Notes under the pieces: generated by a model | Seen by the model: the letters and a program-made list of their open reading frames with translations, nothing else | Databases searched by the model: none | Told to the model about the DNA's origin: nothing | NCBI GenBank assembly: GCA_965116795.1 | Contig: OZ220716.1 | Coordinates: 717,067 to 781,066, forward strand | DNA: 64,000 nt | Source: Gammaproteobacteria bacterium | GTDB taxonomy: Bacteria > Pseudomonadota > Gammaproteobacteria > JAJFKG01 | Reading direction: 5' to 3' | Made by a program: the position numbers and the translations under genes | Shown: positions 9,878 to 20,408 of the stretch, in pieces | Layout of the letters: the number at the start of each line of letters is the position of its first letter | Position numbering within the stretch: position 1 is the first letter of the stretch

Positions 9878-10738
9878 GTGACTGGTGCACTGCAATCCAT
9901 TGATTTTAGCCTATCGGCAGGCAGTTTAGAGAGTTACATTCAACGTGTAAATCAAATGCCGATCCTCACTGCACAACAAGAACACGAGTTAGCAACTCGT
10001 TTGGTCGAAGACAATGACTTATCTGCAGCACGTCAATTAGTGTTAGCACATTTACGTTTTGTGGTGAAGGTTGCACGCGGTTATTCGGGCTATGGGTTAG
10101 CTCAAGCTGATTTAATTCAAGAAGGCAATGTTGGCTTGATGAAAGCGGTTAAACGTTTTGATCCAACAGTGGGAGTGCGTTTAGTGTCCTTTGCGGTGCA
10201 TTGGATCAAAGCAGAAATGCATGAATATATCTTGCGTAATTGGCGGATTGTGAAAGTCGCCACTACTAAAGCACAACGTAAGTTATTTTTTAATTTGCGC
10301 AGTGCGAAAAAACGGTTAGGCTGGGCATCGCAAGCTGAAGTCAACGAAGTTGCACAAACCTTAGGGGTAAAACCACAAGAAGTGATGTTGATGGAAGCAC
10401 GCTTAAATGCGCAAGATGTGGCTTATGATGGTGCTGATCATCAAGATGATAGCCAACACGTTGTTAGCTATGCGCCAAAATATTATTTAGAAGATAAACA
10501 AGCCGATCCGGCATTATTATTGGAAAATAGCAATAATGCCGCTGTTGGTACACAACGTTTACGCGATGCATTAGAAATACTTGATCCGCGTAGCCGTGCC
10601 ATCATCCAACGCCGTTGGTTAGTCGATAAAAAAGCAACACTACATCAATTGGCAGCTGAATATCAGATTTCTGCCGAACGTATCCGTCAGCTTGAAGCCA
10701 ATGCGATTAAGAAATTAAAAGCAAGTTTGTTAGATTAA
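9878..10738 (+). CDS. rpoH: RNA polymerase sigma-32 (heat-shock sigma factor)
   Basis: Contains the RpoH box QRKLFFNLR and conserved regions 2.x-4.x ([11 protein letters not shown]..., [16 protein letters not shown]). A perfect SD (AAGAGGAG) lies 6 nt before GTG 9878. The track ORF starts at an upstream TTG. Confidence 0.9.
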   Translation: MTGALQSIDFSLSAGSLESYIQRVNQMPILTAQQEHELATRLVEDNDLSAARQLVLAHLRFVVKVARGYSGYGLAQADLIQEGNVGLMKAVKRFDPTVGVRLVSFAVHWIKAEMHEYILRNWRIVKVATTKAQRKLFFNLRSAKKRLGWASQAEVNEVAQTLGVKPQEVMLMEARLNAQDVAYDGADHQDDSQHVVSYAPKYYLEDKQADPALLLENSNNAAVGTQRLRDALEILDPRSRAIIQRRWLVDKKATLHQLAAEYQISAERIRQLEANAIKKLKASLLD

Positions 10739-10865
10739 ATCTTTTCCTAGCCGTGGCGCAGCTGTAAGCGAAGACAGAGACCAGGATCCAGTCTCGTACA
10801 CTTGCACTCCCCTCTGAACCCGTTATTATATGCCGAATATTGTGCTAATGGTGCCATGAAGGGTT

Positions 10866-11918
10866 ATGCTAATTTATTTCACTTATCTATTAACATTTAT
10901 TGTGACGGTCATGTGTATTCACATGATTAAGCTAATCGCTGAGCGCATTTGTTTAGTCGATATACCCAATCCACGCAAACATCACCCAGAACCAGTGCCG
11001 TTAGTTGGTGGGATAGCCATTGTTTTTGGCATTGGTATTGGTTTATTAGTCCTAGATATATCGATTGCGCCATACCGTAGTTTTCTGGCCGGGATAATAC
11101 TGATGGGATTCGTTGGCTTACTCGATGATTTTCACGAATTAAAACCACACACACGACTATGGACACAAATTATTGTTGGTTTATTGATGACGATTTGGGG
11201 GGAGGTTTATCTACATACTTTCGGTAATATTTTATTTGTTGATCCGATTGTATTAGGTAATTGGGGGATCCCTATCACTATTTTTGCCTTAGTTTGCATT
11301 ATCAATGCGATCAATATGCTAGATGGTTTAGATGGCTTAGCAGGCGGTATCAGTTGGATACAGCTGACAATGTTATTTATCATTGCAGGTGTTGAAGGTC
11401 GTTTAATGGATATGCATATTTTAGCATTAATTGCAGCAGCCTTATTAGGGTTTCTTGTATTCAATTTCCCATTTAACCGTGCTCGTGTAGCCAGTGTGTT
11501 TATGGGAGATGCTGGCAGTATGGTATTGGGGTTTTGCTTAGTGTGGTTTACAGTGAGTTTGTCCCAAGGAGCACAAGCGATTGCGCCGGTTGTCATGTTA
11601 TGGGTGATGATTGTGCCGATTTTTGATTTTTGTGGTGTTGTCAGTTTACGCTTATTGCAACGTCAACCATTGCTAAAGCCTGATCGTCAACATATCCATC
11701 ATTGGTTACAACAGATGGGCTTACATCCACGCACAATTACCATGATTTTAAGTTTAGTGACGTTAATAACCAGTAGTTTAGCGTTTATTTTAAATAAAAT
11801 TGGTGTTGCTGATGGTTATTTATTTATAGGGTTTATGTTGTTATTTATTGGCTATTTGAGTGGTATAGTTTGGTTTTTAAGGCATGTTGATATACAGAAC
11901 TATCAAAAAAAGAAATAA
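10866..11918 (+). CDS. polyprenyl-phosphate N-acetylhexosamine-1-phosphate transferase (WecA/WbpL/MraY family, GT4 superfamily initiating transferase)
   Basis: 350-aa polytopic membrane protein with the NAINMLDGLDGLAGG motif diagnostic of the MraY/WecA family. Confidence 0.8.
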   Translation: MLIYFTYLLTFIVTVMCIHMIKLIAERICLVDIPNPRKHHPEPVPLVGGIAIVFGIGIGLLVLDISIAPYRSFLAGIILMGFVGLLDDFHELKPHTRLWTQIIVGLLMTIWGEVYLHTFGNILFVDPIVLGNWGIPITIFALVCIINAINMLDGLDGLAGGISWIQLTMLFIIAGVEGRLMDMHILALIAAALLGFLVFNFPFNRARVASVFMGDAGSMVLGFCLVWFTVSLSQGAQAIAPVVMLWVMIVPIFDFCGVVSLRLLQRQPLLKPDRQHIHHWLQQMGLHPRTITMILSLVTLITSSLAFILNKIGVADGYLFIGFMLLFIGYLSGIVWFLRHVDIQNYQKKK

Positions 11919-11978
11919 ATACTATTTTATATTGTCACTTCATGAAGATATAACAACAAGTTAATAGAGTATTAAATT

Positions 11979-12420
11979 CATGACAATCTATTGGTTACTT
12001 TTTTTATTTCCTGCATTGATGACACTATCACCTAATCTAGTTGATCAGCAGAAACAGAATTACTTACTATTGGTCTATGGCATCGCTGCCACACTGATTA
12101 TTGGATTGCGATATCAAGTGGGTAGGTAGTGATTGGGGTGCCTACCTTAATCACTATATAGATTATGCTAACTACGATAGCTTATTTAGTTTGATAAAAA
12201 ATAGTAGACACGAAATTGGCTAGTTGCACAGTTAGGTGGAGGTATTACCAGTGTTAATTTAGTCTGTAGTGCTTGTTTAATGAGTGGGTTAGTGCAGTTT
12301 TGCCGAAAACAACCTTTACCTTGGTTAGCACTTGCAGTAGCAGCGCCATTTATCATTATTGTAGTTGGTATGGGTTATACTCGTCAGTCAGTCGCATTAG
12401 GATTTATTTTATTATCAAGG
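11979..12420 (+). pseudogene. decayed EpsG/Wzy-type polysaccharide polymerase remnant. N-terminal third only, with at least two frameshifts or stops.
   Basis: Frames joined by eye read MTIYWLLFLFPALMTLSPNLVDQQKQNYLLLVYGIAATLIIGLRYQVGR* / DWGAYLNHYIDYANYDSLF... / ...LPWLALAVAAPFIIIVVGMGYTRQSVALGFILLS. This is the characteristic EpsG-family start (GxRYxVGxDWxxY ... RQxxAxxxLL). It is truncated where the convergent GT gene ends at 12415. Confidence 0.55.
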
Positions 12421-13542
12421 TTCAAGCTTTTGATAAATTATCAGGTGTTTGTTAATAACAGACTTAATATCGAATGTACGCTCTGCCAGTTGACGTCCAG
12501 CATTTCCCATTCGTTGACAACCAATAGGATCATCTAATAGTTGCTTAATTGCAGTGGCTAATGCTTGGGGATCACGTGCAGGTATTAATAGACCCGTTAC
12601 TCCAGGTTCTATCGCATCACGGCAGCCGGGTACATTTGTTGTGATGACCGCGCGTGCGCAAGCAGCAGCTTCAATTAACACTTTAGGTAAACCTTCGCCA
12701 TAATAAGATGGTAGTACCACTGCATATCCGCTAGATAACACATTGGGCATGTCTGTACGATATCCCCAATAGTGGATATAACCTTGTTTAACCCAATTCT
12801 CAATGTCAGTTAATTGTAGACTGGATGGGTTGCCTGGGTCGCATTTACCAACTAATACGAAATGAGCATCATATCCAGATTGACTAATGATTTGAGCTGC
12901 TTTAACGAATTCATGAATACCCTTTTCGGCAAGTAAACGTGCTGCCATGATGATAGTCGGTTTTTCTGTCGGTAACGGTTTTATTGAATAATCATTTAAG
13001 TTAACACCGGACCCTCGAATTAATGTGGTTTTTGCTATTGGTAATTGGGTAAGCTGTATTAATAGGCGACGATCATCTTCATTTTGAAAAATAACATGTA
13101 TGTTAGGATGAGCAAATACACGTTGATAAGCAATATTAATGAATTTGCGCAATATATTGGTTTTTATATTTTGATTAGTATACATAAAACCCAAACCAGG
13201 GACTGCAACTACCAGTGCAGGTGCTTTAGTGATACGGGCAGCAATCCCGCTCAATAAAACCGGTTTAATAGTAATAGCATGTACTAATGTAGGTTTTATT
13301 TTTTTTATGATGGTAACAAGATGCAATAATGTTAATAGATTAGATAAGGGATTTAAGCTTTTCCTATTAAGATGTAAAGAATGTACTATTAATCCATTTG
13401 TCCGTAATATATCTGCTTTATCAGTAAGTGGTGTTGCAATATGCACTTCATAGCCTTGCTCGATTGCAGCCAGTGCAATAGGCAAACGATGTGACAAGAA
13501 TGACCAATCGACATTTGTGATAAAAAGCAACTTGTTTTGCAC
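12415..13542 (-). CDS. glycosyltransferase, GT4 family (GT-B fold; WbuB-like)
   Basis: 375 aa with the C-terminal EX7E-type motif region (GEGLPKVLIEAAACARAVITTN). Confidence 0.8.
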   Translation of the reverse strand: MQNKLLFITNVDWSFLSHRLPIALAAIEQGYEVHIATPLTDKADILRTNGLIVHSLHLNRKSLNPLSNLLTLLHLVTIIKKIKPTLVHAITIKPVLLSGIAARITKAPALVVAVPGLGFMYTNQNIKTNILRKFINIAYQRVFAHPNIHVIFQNEDDRRLLIQLTQLPIAKTTLIRGSGVNLNDYSIKPLPTEKPTIIMAARLLAEKGIHEFVKAAQIISQSGYDAHFVLVGKCDPGNPSSLQLTDIENWVKQGYIHYWGYRTDMPNVLSSGYAVVLPSYYGEGLPKVLIEAAACARAVITTNVPGCRDAIEPGVTGLLIPARDPQALATAIKQLLDDPIGCQRMGNAGRQLAERTFDIKSVINKHLIIYQKLEP

Positions 13543-13581
13543 TGCATTTATCCTTGAAGAATGAAGTAATGTAAATACTGT

Positions 13582-14589
13582 TTATACATTAAAGTAGTCA
13601 CGATACCATGTAACAAAACGAGTGATACCTTCTTGTATGTTAGTAGTTGGTTTATAATGGAATTGTTTCACTAAATCATCTACATCAGCATAAGTATCTG
13701 GCACATCACCGGGCTGTAAAGGTAGTAATTCTTGTCTAGCTTTTTTTCCTAATGCTTTTTCTAAAGCAGTAATGTAATTTGATAATTCGATCGGTTGATT
13801 ATTCCCGATATTGTAAATGCGCCATGGTGCTTTGCTAGTACTGGGATCAGGATTGTTACTATTCCAATTTGGATTGCTTTGTGCTGGGTGGTCCAAAACG
13901 CGGATAATGCCCTCAACAATATCATCTACATAAGTAAAGTCACGACGGTGTTTGCCATAGTTAAAAACCTTAATTGGTTTTCCAGATAAAATGGCTTTAG
14001 TAAATGTAAACAATGCCATATCTGGGCGTCCCCAAGGTCCATAGACAGTAAAAAAGCGCAAGCCAGTGGTTGGTAAATCATAAAGGTGGCTATAAGTATG
14101 TGCCATTAGCTCATTGGATTTTTTGCTGGCAGCATAAAGACTAAGTGGGTGATCAACATTATGTTGCACTGAAAATGGCATCGTAGTATTAGCACCATAA
14201 ACACTTGAACTGCTGGCATAGACTAAATGTTCAATATTATTATGTCGGCAACCTTCTAAGATATGTGCGAAACCGACAATGTTGCTATTGATATAAGCAA
14301 GCGGATTTTCAATAGAGTAGCGTACACCTGCTTGTGCGGCTAAGTTAACAACTCGTTGTGGTTGGTATTGAGCAAAGCAATCATTTATAGCTTGTTGATC
14401 GGCAAGATCAATGCGTAGGTGTGTATATTGTGGATTATCAATGTGACGAGCAAGTCGTGCTTCTTTAATGGCAGGATCATAGTAGTCGTTATGGTTATCA
14501 ATACCAATGATGGTATCACCGCGTTCAAGTAAACGCAGTACTAATGCAGAACCAATAAATCCAGTAGATCCAGTGACTAATATATTCAT
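13582..14589 (-). CDS. NAD-dependent UDP-glucuronate 4-epimerase (UDP-GlcA to UDP-GalA), SDR-extended family
   Basis: N-terminal [28 protein letters not shown] and YxxxK (YAASKKSNE) motifs. Overall similarity to the Cap1J/LpsL-type epimerase family. Confidence 0.75.
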   Translation of the reverse strand: MNILVTGSTGFIGSALVLRLLERGDTIIGIDNHNDYYDPAIKEARLARHIDNPQYTHLRIDLADQQAINDCFAQYQPQRVVNLAAQAGVRYSIENPLAYINSNIVGFAHILEGCRHNNIEHLVYASSSSVYGANTTMPFSVQHNVDHPLSLYAASKKSNELMAHTYSHLYDLPTTGLRFFTVYGPWGRPDMALFTFTKAILSGKPIKVFNYGKHRRDFTYVDDIVEGIIRVLDHPAQSNPNWNSNNPDPSTSKAPWRIYNIGNNQPIELSNYITALEKALGKKARQELLPLQPGDVPDTYADVDDLVKQFHYKPTTNIQEGITRFVTWYRDYFNV

Positions 14590-14744
14590 GTGAAATAGCG
14601 CTAATTAAGCATATTTATTTGACTGCTATAATAACTATTACATTATACTTTGCTAAAGTAACGTTATTTAATGATGAAATCTATTAAAACAATAACACAT
14701 TTTCTCAGAAAATAAAAAATATTATTAATTATAGAAAAATCTTG

Positions 14745-16514
14745 CTACTTTTGATTCTTTAAAGTTACTGTACCCTGACTAACTTCATATATTTTGTTAC
14801 AACCAACAATAGTTTCTGGTCTGTGAGATACAATAATTATGGTTTTTTGCTTAGCTATTTGATTTAATTCACTAATAATTTGTTTCTCAGTGGTTATATC
14901 TAACGATGAAGTCCCTTCATCCAGAATAATAATATCTGGGTCATTGTATAAAGCACGTGCAATGCATAATCGTTGTTTTTGTCCACCAGATAGTCTAATT
15001 CCATTTTCCCCCACGCTTGTTTCGAGCCCTTGTTCCAAGCTTTGAATAAAATCAGATAAGTTTACTAAAGATAATAATTTTTCTATTCTTTTTAAATCGA
15101 TTTCTTCATTATCTATGCCTAATGCAATGTTTGCTTTTATACTATCATCGACTAGATAATAGCTTTGAGGAACATAACCTATATTGGTCATCCAATTAAG
15201 GCTAAAATAGTCAAGAGGGTGACCATCTATTAAAATTTCACCCGAGCTAGGTTTCAAGAGACCTATTAGTAAGTCAACTAAAGTTGATTTTCCAGCACCT
15301 GAGCGACCAATAATTGCGATTGAATCACCTTTATTAATCTCAAAGTTAATATTACTGATAACATTATCTTTTGTTCTTGGATATTTAAAACTTACATTAT
15401 TAAATTTAATGTTTTGATTAAAATGCTTGGTTTTGTGCTGTTTTTCATATTTGGCATCATGTAGCATTGCTAGATTATCAGGTGTATTCATTTCTTTTGA
15501 GAGTAATTCTAAAGTAGGGATAGTGGATGTCATCATTGAAAGGCTAGTTACAACTTGATTAACTGATGGTAGGATTCTAAGTGCAGCAGCAGCAAAAACT
15601 GAAATCTTAATAACTATTGTTGTTGGATCTACTCCAAACCAAAACTCGGCTGCCATTAAACTTAATACAGCGCAAACAACAACAAACTCTAAGAAAAATC
15701 GTGCAGACGTAGTAATAACATTAATTACCACGTCTGACTTTGTAGAGATTTCCAATGATTTTTTTAGCTGTTCAATAAAGAAATTTCGTTTATTTAAGCA
15801 GATTATTTCTTTAATGTTACGTAAGCTTTCCATTGTAGTGGCAATAGTTCTACTTAATAACTTCTGAGAAGTCCTTGCATTTTGCATTAGCATTTTTTGA
15901 GTGATAGTGCCATAAAATAAAGCAGCAATAATTAAAATGCTTGCAAGAATCGTAGTTGCACGCCAATCATAGATCAGCAAGAAACTAAGGATAAAGATCG
16001 AAATAATTCCTTGCGTTAAAAAAGTGAGAAGCCCCATCATTAATTTTGATGCAAAAAGGGCAGTTTCTTGTTTAAGATTTTTAACAAGTTTTGCATGATT
16101 CTGCTGTATATGAAAATTATAATCTTCCCATAAATACTTTTTAAATAAACGCAATGTGATTCTTTTTTTATTGTTAAAAACGAATTGCATACGTTTTACT
16201 TGTAAATAGAATAACATGCTGTTTTTAATCGCGAATAAGAATACTAAAAAAATCGCGCCAAATAAAATGATTCCAACTTGTGTACTGTTTTCAAATAAAA
16301 GGTGTAATTTTTGAAACCAAGCATGTTGTTGAAATGATGTTGGTTGGAGTAACAATGTTATAAATGGGATCAACATCCCAATACTGACGGTTTCTAGAAG
16401 AGCACTGAAAATCATTAAATACAGTAACCAGGCAAACTTTTTCTTTTCTTGTTGTGTCAATAATGTTTTGATGGTGGTTAAATATTTATAGTTCTTTAAT
16501 GTATTTTTCATCAA
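14745..16514 (-). CDS. fused TMD-NBD ABC exporter (MsbA/PglK-like half-transporter)
   Basis: 589 aa: a six-TM N-terminal domain, then Walker A GRSGAGKST, signature LSGGQKQRLCIARAL and Walker B IIILDEGTSSLD. Very AT-rich. Confidence 0.85.
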   Translation of the reverse strand: MMKNTLKNYKYLTTIKTLLTQQEKKKFAWLLYLMIFSALLETVSIGMLIPFITLLLQPTSFQQHAWFQKLHLLFENSTQVGIILFGAIFLVFLFAIKNSMLFYLQVKRMQFVFNNKKRITLRLFKKYLWEDYNFHIQQNHAKLVKNLKQETALFASKLMMGLLTFLTQGIISIFILSFLLIYDWRATTILASILIIAALFYGTITQKMLMQNARTSQKLLSRTIATTMESLRNIKEIICLNKRNFFIEQLKKSLEISTKSDVVINVITTSARFFLEFVVVCAVLSLMAAEFWFGVDPTTIVIKISVFAAAALRILPSVNQVVTSLSMMTSTIPTLELLSKEMNTPDNLAMLHDAKYEKQHKTKHFNQNIKFNNVSFKYPRTKDNVISNINFEINKGDSIAIIGRSGAGKSTLVDLLIGLLKPSSGEILIDGHPLDYFSLNWMTNIGYVPQSYYLVDDSIKANIALGIDNEEIDLKRIEKLLSLVNLSDFIQSLEQGLETSVGENGIRLSGGQKQRLCIARALYNDPDIIILDEGTSSLDITTEKQIISELNQIAKQKTIIIVSHRPETIVGCNKIYEVSQGTVTLKNQK

Positions 16515-16732
16515 ATTTTAACTCCTGTTTTTGCTTCTTTCTAGCAACGTGTGTTTGATAGCAGATGTAGTGAGGTGTTTAAGGTTTACTATTTTGGAAG
16601 CTAATTGTGAACCAGTTAGAATCATCATGAGCTAAAGCTACAAGCACGCATTTTGGCATGTATATATATGTTCGTCAAAAGTGGCGTCCTCACATCTCTG
16701 GAATTTAAAAATAGCTCCTCAGAATGTGTATT

Positions 16733-17653
16733 TTATCTTATACGCTTTTCAATTTCGCTGACAAAAATTTTGAAAGGAGGTAGTAAGCAGGCTAATATTA
16801 AAAAAAAATGGCCTTTCCAAGATTTGTTTCTGAAATAGTAGAATTTTGCATAACTTTGTAAAATTGCGCCAAGATAGACTTTATGCTTTTGTAAATACTT
16901 TTTATGTTTTTTACGTAGCATTAATGCATATTGTAAAGGTTTTGTGCCAGATTTGTCTATAGTTTGGGTTTTATGTTGGATGACAAGAGGCTTATCGACA
17001 GATATGAAGTATCCACCCTTTAGGGCAACACGTATTGCTAAATCCCACTCAGCAGCACGTCTAAAGCTTGTATCAAATCCAAATTCTTCTAAAATTTTTT
17101 TAGAGGCCATCATAGTGCAGCTTCCAAATTGTCCCCATACATAATTTTTTACTTTTTTATGCCACAAAAGGAAATCAGCGACCATTGAGTCATGTGGTTC
17201 TGGTGTTTTATGTCCAATGGCTTTAACAAAGCCATCTGACTTTTCAATACCATTAATAAATACTCGTCTGTGTGAATAGCAAAGTACAGCACATCCTGGA
17301 TGCTGCGTTTGGAATTTTGTAAGTCGTTTATATTGCTTAGTTAAGCGGTCTGTACTGTGTTCATCATCATCATCAAAAAAAGCGATATATTCACCTTTGG
17401 CGTTTTTAATAATTGTATTAAGTGCAGCAGGATAACCTTGGTTTTCTTTATGACGAAACAAATTGATTTTTTCGTTATTTTCTTGAAATGTTTTAATTAT
17501 TTTAGCGGAGTTATCTTTTGAACCATCATCAACAATAATAATTTCAAAATTAAGCCAATCTTGTTTTTGAGCACTTTCTATGGCTCTTCTTATGGTTTCA
17601 GCAGCGTTAAAACATGTTATTCCAATTGTTATTAGAGGGATGGATTTTGTCAC
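16733..17653 (-). CDS. glycosyltransferase family 2 (GT-A fold)
   Basis: N-terminal PLITIGITCFN....IIIVDDGSKD and DDDDE motifs. Paralogous to 25519-26496 and 26496-27476. Confidence 0.85.
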   Translation of the reverse strand: MTKSIPLITIGITCFNAAETIRRAIESAQKQDWLNFEIIIVDDGSKDNSAKIIKTFQENNEKINLFRHKENQGYPAALNTIIKNAKGEYIAFFDDDDEHSTDRLTKQYKRLTKFQTQHPGCAVLCYSHRRVFINGIEKSDGFVKAIGHKTPEPHDSMVADFLLWHKKVKNYVWGQFGSCTMMASKKILEEFGFDTSFRRAAEWDLAIRVALKGGYFISVDKPLVIQHKTQTIDKSGTKPLQYALMLRKKHKKYLQKHKVYLGAILQSYAKFYYFRNKSWKGHFFLILACLLPPFKIFVSEIEKRIR

Positions 17654-17869
17654 AATTAAAAATCTCTATTGATTTATTAGCAGCTAATTTTGAAGAGGTC
17701 ACTTATGTGTGTTTCCAATTCTAATGTAACTTATACATGGGCATGGTCGAGCATAATCTTTGATTAGAAAGTTTTATTTGTCCTATTAGCTTACATTCAA
17801 GTCGCTTTATGTTTAAATATATTTTTCTTTTATAAGTCGTCTAAATATTTTGTTTATTAATTTCATGTG

Positions 17870-18592
17870 TTATTTTATCACAACAGCTTGTACATTTGAT
17901 GGCATCATTGAGTCAATCAGATCTTCTTCTTTTTTTTCGCCTGCTTTTCTATACTGAGCAGTGATACCTTTATCAAACAGCGGCATTATTAATAATAAAA
18001 TTTCGATAATTGGCCTAAAAGGGGGGGAAATTTCGCATTGTATCAAGGTGCGCTGCATTAATATGCTAATAGTTTCAAAAGGCTGGCTAGCACCACGTAG
18101 CATTTTAATGCTTGACCAAGCTTGAAAGAGAACTCGAAAACCGTAAGGAGTAAAATGAAAAAAGTTATCAGGCCCTTCATGAAAAGAAAATACTGCGCTA
18201 GCAGAGATAATTAATTTTCCACCGGGTTCTAAAATTCTATGGAATTCGTTAATTAGTCTTTGTGGATCAGGAATATGTTCTAATAATCCAGTACACAAAA
18301 TGATCTGAAAGCTTTCGCTATCAATCTTACTCACATCTTTGTAATACAAATCAACATGCATATCAGCAGGTTTGTCTTGCCTTTTTGTTACAGTAAATGC
18401 GTTAGAAAAGTATGGCTTATAATCCACATCCTCAGAGTGAACTACTAAGGTCCTTTGATTGCTAGCGTTTTCTGCACATAATCTATCAAGATTTTTGGTT
18501 GAGAGTTTCTTTTTTATAAAACGATAGCGAGATGCTTTTTGCCAAAAAGTTGGCTTAGAAGGCGCAGTCATTTTTTGAAATTTTCCTTGCAT
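17870..18592 (-). CDS. class I SAM-dependent methyltransferase
   Basis: ...QIILCTGLLEHIPDPQRLINEFHRILEPGGKLIISAS... is a methyltransferase type 11/12 motif II-III region. Confidence 0.7.
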   Translation of the reverse strand: MQGKFQKMTAPSKPTFWQKASRYRFIKKKLSTKNLDRLCAENASNQRTLVVHSEDVDYKPYFSNAFTVTKRQDKPADMHVDLYYKDVSKIDSESFQIILCTGLLEHIPDPQRLINEFHRILEPGGKLIISASAVFSFHEGPDNFFHFTPYGFRVLFQAWSSIKMLRGASQPFETISILMQRTLIQCEISPPFRPIIEILLLIMPLFDKGITAQYRKAGEKKEEDLIDSMMPSNVQAVVIK

Positions 18593-18616
18593 GTGTATTC
18601 AAGATTATATTTAACA

Positions 18617-20191
18617 TTATTTAATTTGTTTCAGCAAGTGATCTGCCAAACGTAGGGATAATGCAGTAATGGTTAAGAATGGGTTAGCAAAACCATAGGT
18701 TGGGAATAAGGAGGGACCGGCAATATAAAGATTGGAAGTTCCATGTACACGTCCGTCAGCGTTGGTAACAGATGTTTTAGTATCATCTCCCATGCGAGTT
18801 GTACCCATCAAATGAGAATGAACACCAATTAAAGGCCAGTCCTGTAAAGTTTCAAGCCCGGAATATTCAATCATGCCAATATTATGTTTTTGTAGTATTT
18901 TATTAAGATATGAAAAAAATGTTAAGACAGATTGTTTGTCTTTTTCAGAATAATGCCACTGAATGTCTACTTTATGTGTGCCATCTTTTTTGGTATCAGT
19001 TGATAATTTTATTCGATTTTCTTTATTTGGGAATTGGTCTAAAAACCCGCGCAAAATAAATTTACTAGTTCTTGGCTGTAATTTTACAATACGGCCAATT
19101 GCTGCATACGTTATTTTCCCTAAGCCAGGTAGAAAACCTTGAATTAATTTACTGTTATTTATTAAATTGTTTTCTAATACTTTTGTCTTTTTAATAGCTT
19201 CAAATGCTCTATTGGCTTGATATTCTAGTAAAGGTGAAAGCTGAACATAGTGATTTAGTAGGCTTAAATGTTTTTGTATATCTTGAGAAAAGCCAATGCC
19301 GTAACGAAAATTACCTGCGCCAAGTGGTTTATCCATAAACAGTGCATGTGATGTCGATATAGATTTTTTTAAAATAATTGCGGCTATATTTGCTTTAGGG
19401 TGTGTAGAGAAATAGCGTCCGACCACATCGTATTCGTTTCCAATGCCAGTAGATTTTGTTTGATTAGAATTAAGTAGGAGACGTGGTGTCTCAATTCCAC
19501 CTGCAGCTACTATGAATAGGCGAGCTTTTACTTTAACAATGTTAGTATCTTTCTTAGTAATCTGCGCATACATAACATGAGAGCCATCTATATTTTCTTG
19601 TAAACGACTCACAGGAGCATTTAGTAATATTTTTAAGGATGGATAGTGTTTTATTATTTTTTCTAAATAATTAGAAACGATAAAAGGCGTCTTTGACCAT
19701 TGAAAACATTTGGCTTCAAGGCCAGTTTCTCTACTTAAAAGAGATGTCAAGCTATTTTTTGTATTATCTAGTTTATCATCCTCAAAAAAGTAGTTAACTT
19801 TGGGGACTTGCAAAAGTTCTGTAGCTTTTTTGTAATATGGCATTAGAGTTGAAATTGCAAAAGGCCATCCACTATCTGGGATCCAAGAGCGTTTTACAAA
19901 ATCTATTTTCTCTAATGGAGATATACGCCCTGCCCAAAGGTTTGATGAACCACCGAATTGGTGAGACCAACCGAAACGCAGATCAGCTATATCCGAAGAA
20001 AGATTAAATGTGGAAATAGAATTACGATTATAATCTGGTAGTGTAGAACCAGCTTCTAATAGTAAGACATTAATATGTTTTTTAGCAAGTTCTGCTGCAA
20101 CTATTCCACCTGCTGGTCCGGAGCCGATAATACATACATCTGTTTGAATATCTTTTATGCTCGGCTCTTTTTCTATGTCTATAATATTCAT
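18617..20191 (-). CDS. GMC-family FAD-dependent oxidoreductase (choline dehydrogenase-like)
   Basis: N-terminal DVCIIGSGPAGGIVAAELAKK (GxGxxG FAD site). 524 aa, with the C-terminal GMC_oxred_C-like region (...HLMGTTRMG...). Confidence 0.75.
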   Translation of the reverse strand: MNIIDIEKEPSIKDIQTDVCIIGSGPAGGIVAAELAKKHINVLLLEAGSTLPDYNRNSISTFNLSSDIADLRFGWSHQFGGSSNLWAGRISPLEKIDFVKRSWIPDSGWPFAISTLMPYYKKATELLQVPKVNYFFEDDKLDNTKNSLTSLLSRETGLEAKCFQWSKTPFIVSNYLEKIIKHYPSLKILLNAPVSRLQENIDGSHVMYAQITKKDTNIVKVKARLFIVAAGGIETPRLLLNSNQTKSTGIGNEYDVVGRYFSTHPKANIAAIILKKSISTSHALFMDKPLGAGNFRYGIGFSQDIQKHLSLLNHYVQLSPLLEYQANRAFEAIKKTKVLENNLINNSKLIQGFLPGLGKITYAAIGRIVKLQPRTSKFILRGFLDQFPNKENRIKLSTDTKKDGTHKVDIQWHYSEKDKQSVLTFFSYLNKILQKHNIGMIEYSGLETLQDWPLIGVHSHLMGTTRMGDDTKTSVTNADGRVHGTSNLYIAGPSLFPTYGFANPFLTITALSLRLADHLLKQIK

Positions 20192-20408
20192 TAAAATCTA
20201 ATTTTTTAATTAATATTTAATTTTGATTAAATATGTTAGCTGGTGATAATTACTCAATTTTATCGATAAGGATTATATAATAGTACCCTAATTTACTCCT
20301 CAACATACTGCATATTACAGTGACTGTGATTGCTCCAAATCAGTGAGTTAAATTTTTTATATTTTTTATATCTATAATTTACTAAAAGACGAAGTATATA
20401 AAAATAGC

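Noticed and set aside
10739-10865. GC-richer spacer after rpoH (…GCCGTGGCGCAGCTGTAAGCGAAGACAGAGACCAGGATCCAGTCTCG…) as a possible sRNA or terminator
   Set aside because: No convincing stem-loop plus T-run or recognisable RNA family signature could be established by eye. Left unannotated.
10927-11596. Minus-strand ORFs (79 and 129 aa) inside the WecA-like gene
   Set aside because: They are antisense to a membrane-protein gene with clear family motifs. Their low-complexity composition mirrors the hydrophobic codons on the other strand.
12273-12537. Overlapping small + strand ORFs (60 and 85 aa) listed in the track
   Set aside because: They are not independent genes. They are reinterpreted as pieces of a frameshifted EpsG/Wzy pseudogene. 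Beyond about 12420 they are merely antisense to the GT4 gene's 3' end.
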